From contig NC_085841.1 in NCBI RefSeq assembly GCF_035594765.1, positions 158,333,574 through 158,397,573 of the forward strand: DNA of 64,000 nucleotides, in the 5' to 3' direction. Below the pieces are notes generated by a model that did not search any database, was not told the origin of the DNA, and was given only the letters and a program-made list of their open reading frames with translations. This DNA is from Anolis carolinensis (lineage: Eukaryota). The position numbers and the translations under genes are program-made. Shown here piece by piece: positions 1 through 64,000 of this stretch. Each line of letters opens with the position of its first letter. Positions within the stretch are counted from its first letter, which is position 1.

Positions 1-26
1 GGGGACCCACAGGTTGAGAACCACTG
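1..26. mobile_element. End of a palindromic hAT-type MITE, cut by the window edge
   Basis: ggggacccacaggttgagaaccactg matches the end of the copy at 42598-42734. Confidence 0.6.
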
Positions 27-735
27 CTCTGGGGTTTTCATGATGTTTGGAGCCAGAGGTTATCATACTGAATTGTGTTTTTGAAAAATAGCTCCTTCCA
101 GAATGGAAGTTTATCCTGATTCACCTTGTCCAGAAAGCCCCTTCATTGTCTAGAGCAGATATTCACGTAAGGGGGAATTGCTGGGAAATTTGCACCCTAC
201 TTTTAATGACAAGACCCTCTCATAAACCAGGCGGGGAAATGCCTAGTCCTCCAGTTATTGTTGCCTTGTATCTCCCATCAGCTAATAATCAGAGGTGATG
301 GGAATTCCAATCCCACACTTAGATGACTCCATGTTCCTTATTCTTAACAAAAAGCCAAGTTTAATTTCTGGGAATTTAAGATCTGAACCAGTGCCCTTTT
401 TTTGGTCATTTTGAATGATTTGCATTATTACAGTTTTCTCACACAGAAGAGTCACAGAATGCCTTCGATAGAAATGTTGAAATGCAGAACACTTGAGGTC
501 TGACTTTTATTTAGACTTGGTCTACTCAAAATCCATTTTTGGTCTATGTTTCAGATTTGCTCAATTAGTTTTTCCCACTTTGGTTAGGTGGATATTAAGA
601 CACTTAAGAGGAGAATCCCTGACAGATATTTAAGGAAATGTATTCTAATTTTATTGGTGCTTGTTACTATTCATAGCTTTCTATTCAGAACACCATTTTG
701 GATTTCGTGCTTTCAGTATCTTCCATTATTTTCAG

Positions 736-63439
<62,704 letters not shown>

Positions 63440-63790
63440 GTAAGCATATGCATAGATGATTTAACATTTGTCAAAAAGTATAATGATTGTCTGTGGTGGC
63501 AATTACTTCTAAATCAACCTGATTTTATTATGCATGCTTTTATATAAGTGTTATTGTATCAATTTCTCACTGATTTAGTTGAAGTAGGGGGGGTACTGTA
63601 TTCAAGACTAGAAATTACATTTTATGCATATAAGAGTTACTAAATCAGAAATACTACAGTCAGTTCTAGATGCCATATTGAAAAGAGGGTCCTTGATATC
63701 AGTTTGTTTAACAGAGGTTTAACAAACGAGCATCCAACCTCTATCCTCATATTTAAAATAGAATAAAATAAGATAAAACAATGAAATAAT

Positions 63791-63897
63791 AGGTAAAGGT
63801 AAAGGATTTCTCCTGATATTAAGTTTAATCAAGTCCAACTCTGGAGGTTGCTGCTCATCTCCATCTCTAAACTGAAGAGCCGGCATTGTCCGTAGAT
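63791..63897 (-). mobile_element. Sauria SINE 3' fragment
   Basis: aggtaaaggtaaagg...gaagagccggcattgtccgtaga. Confidence 0.75.
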
Positions 63898-64000
63898 GTT
63901 GGAGGTTGTAGAAGCTTTACCACGACTTCTGAACTAAAGTTTACCCTGCAGCGTAATAATGTCCCACTCAGGTTTGTGAAACAAGTAACAGTAACTTTAT

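Overview
Vertebrate genomic DNA, almost certainly a squamate lizard (Anolis-type repeats: Sauria SINE, L2, CR1, R4, Penelope, Helitron, hAT/Tc1-mariner MITEs). The whole window lies inside one + strand gene, type IV collagen alpha-1 (COL4A1). I traced 38 consecutive GT-AG exons, equivalent to human exons 5-42 (3493 coding nt, frame intact, end of the 7S domain through most of the interrupted triple helix). The 5' exons and NC1 domain are outside the window. Introns are packed with nested transposons. Best candidate for something undescribed: all three TSD-flanked solo Gypsy-type LTRs carry an open frame starting at LTR base 2. In the two related LTRs the peptide is conserved through synonymous codon changes (acidic-GF and RR..DR..R...RRSA motifs), suggesting a selected, LTR-encoded protein tail that may be a chromatin-targeting module. 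Other points: a twin-primed 5'-inverted L1, three degenerate Penelope hammerheads, a 490-bp fold-back insert with a 12-bp TSD, a 219-nt intronic hairpin, a possible R4 template-switch chimera, composite Helitrons and a stop-free in-frame 81-nt intron. Human exon sizes and repeat family names are recalled from memory, not from searches.
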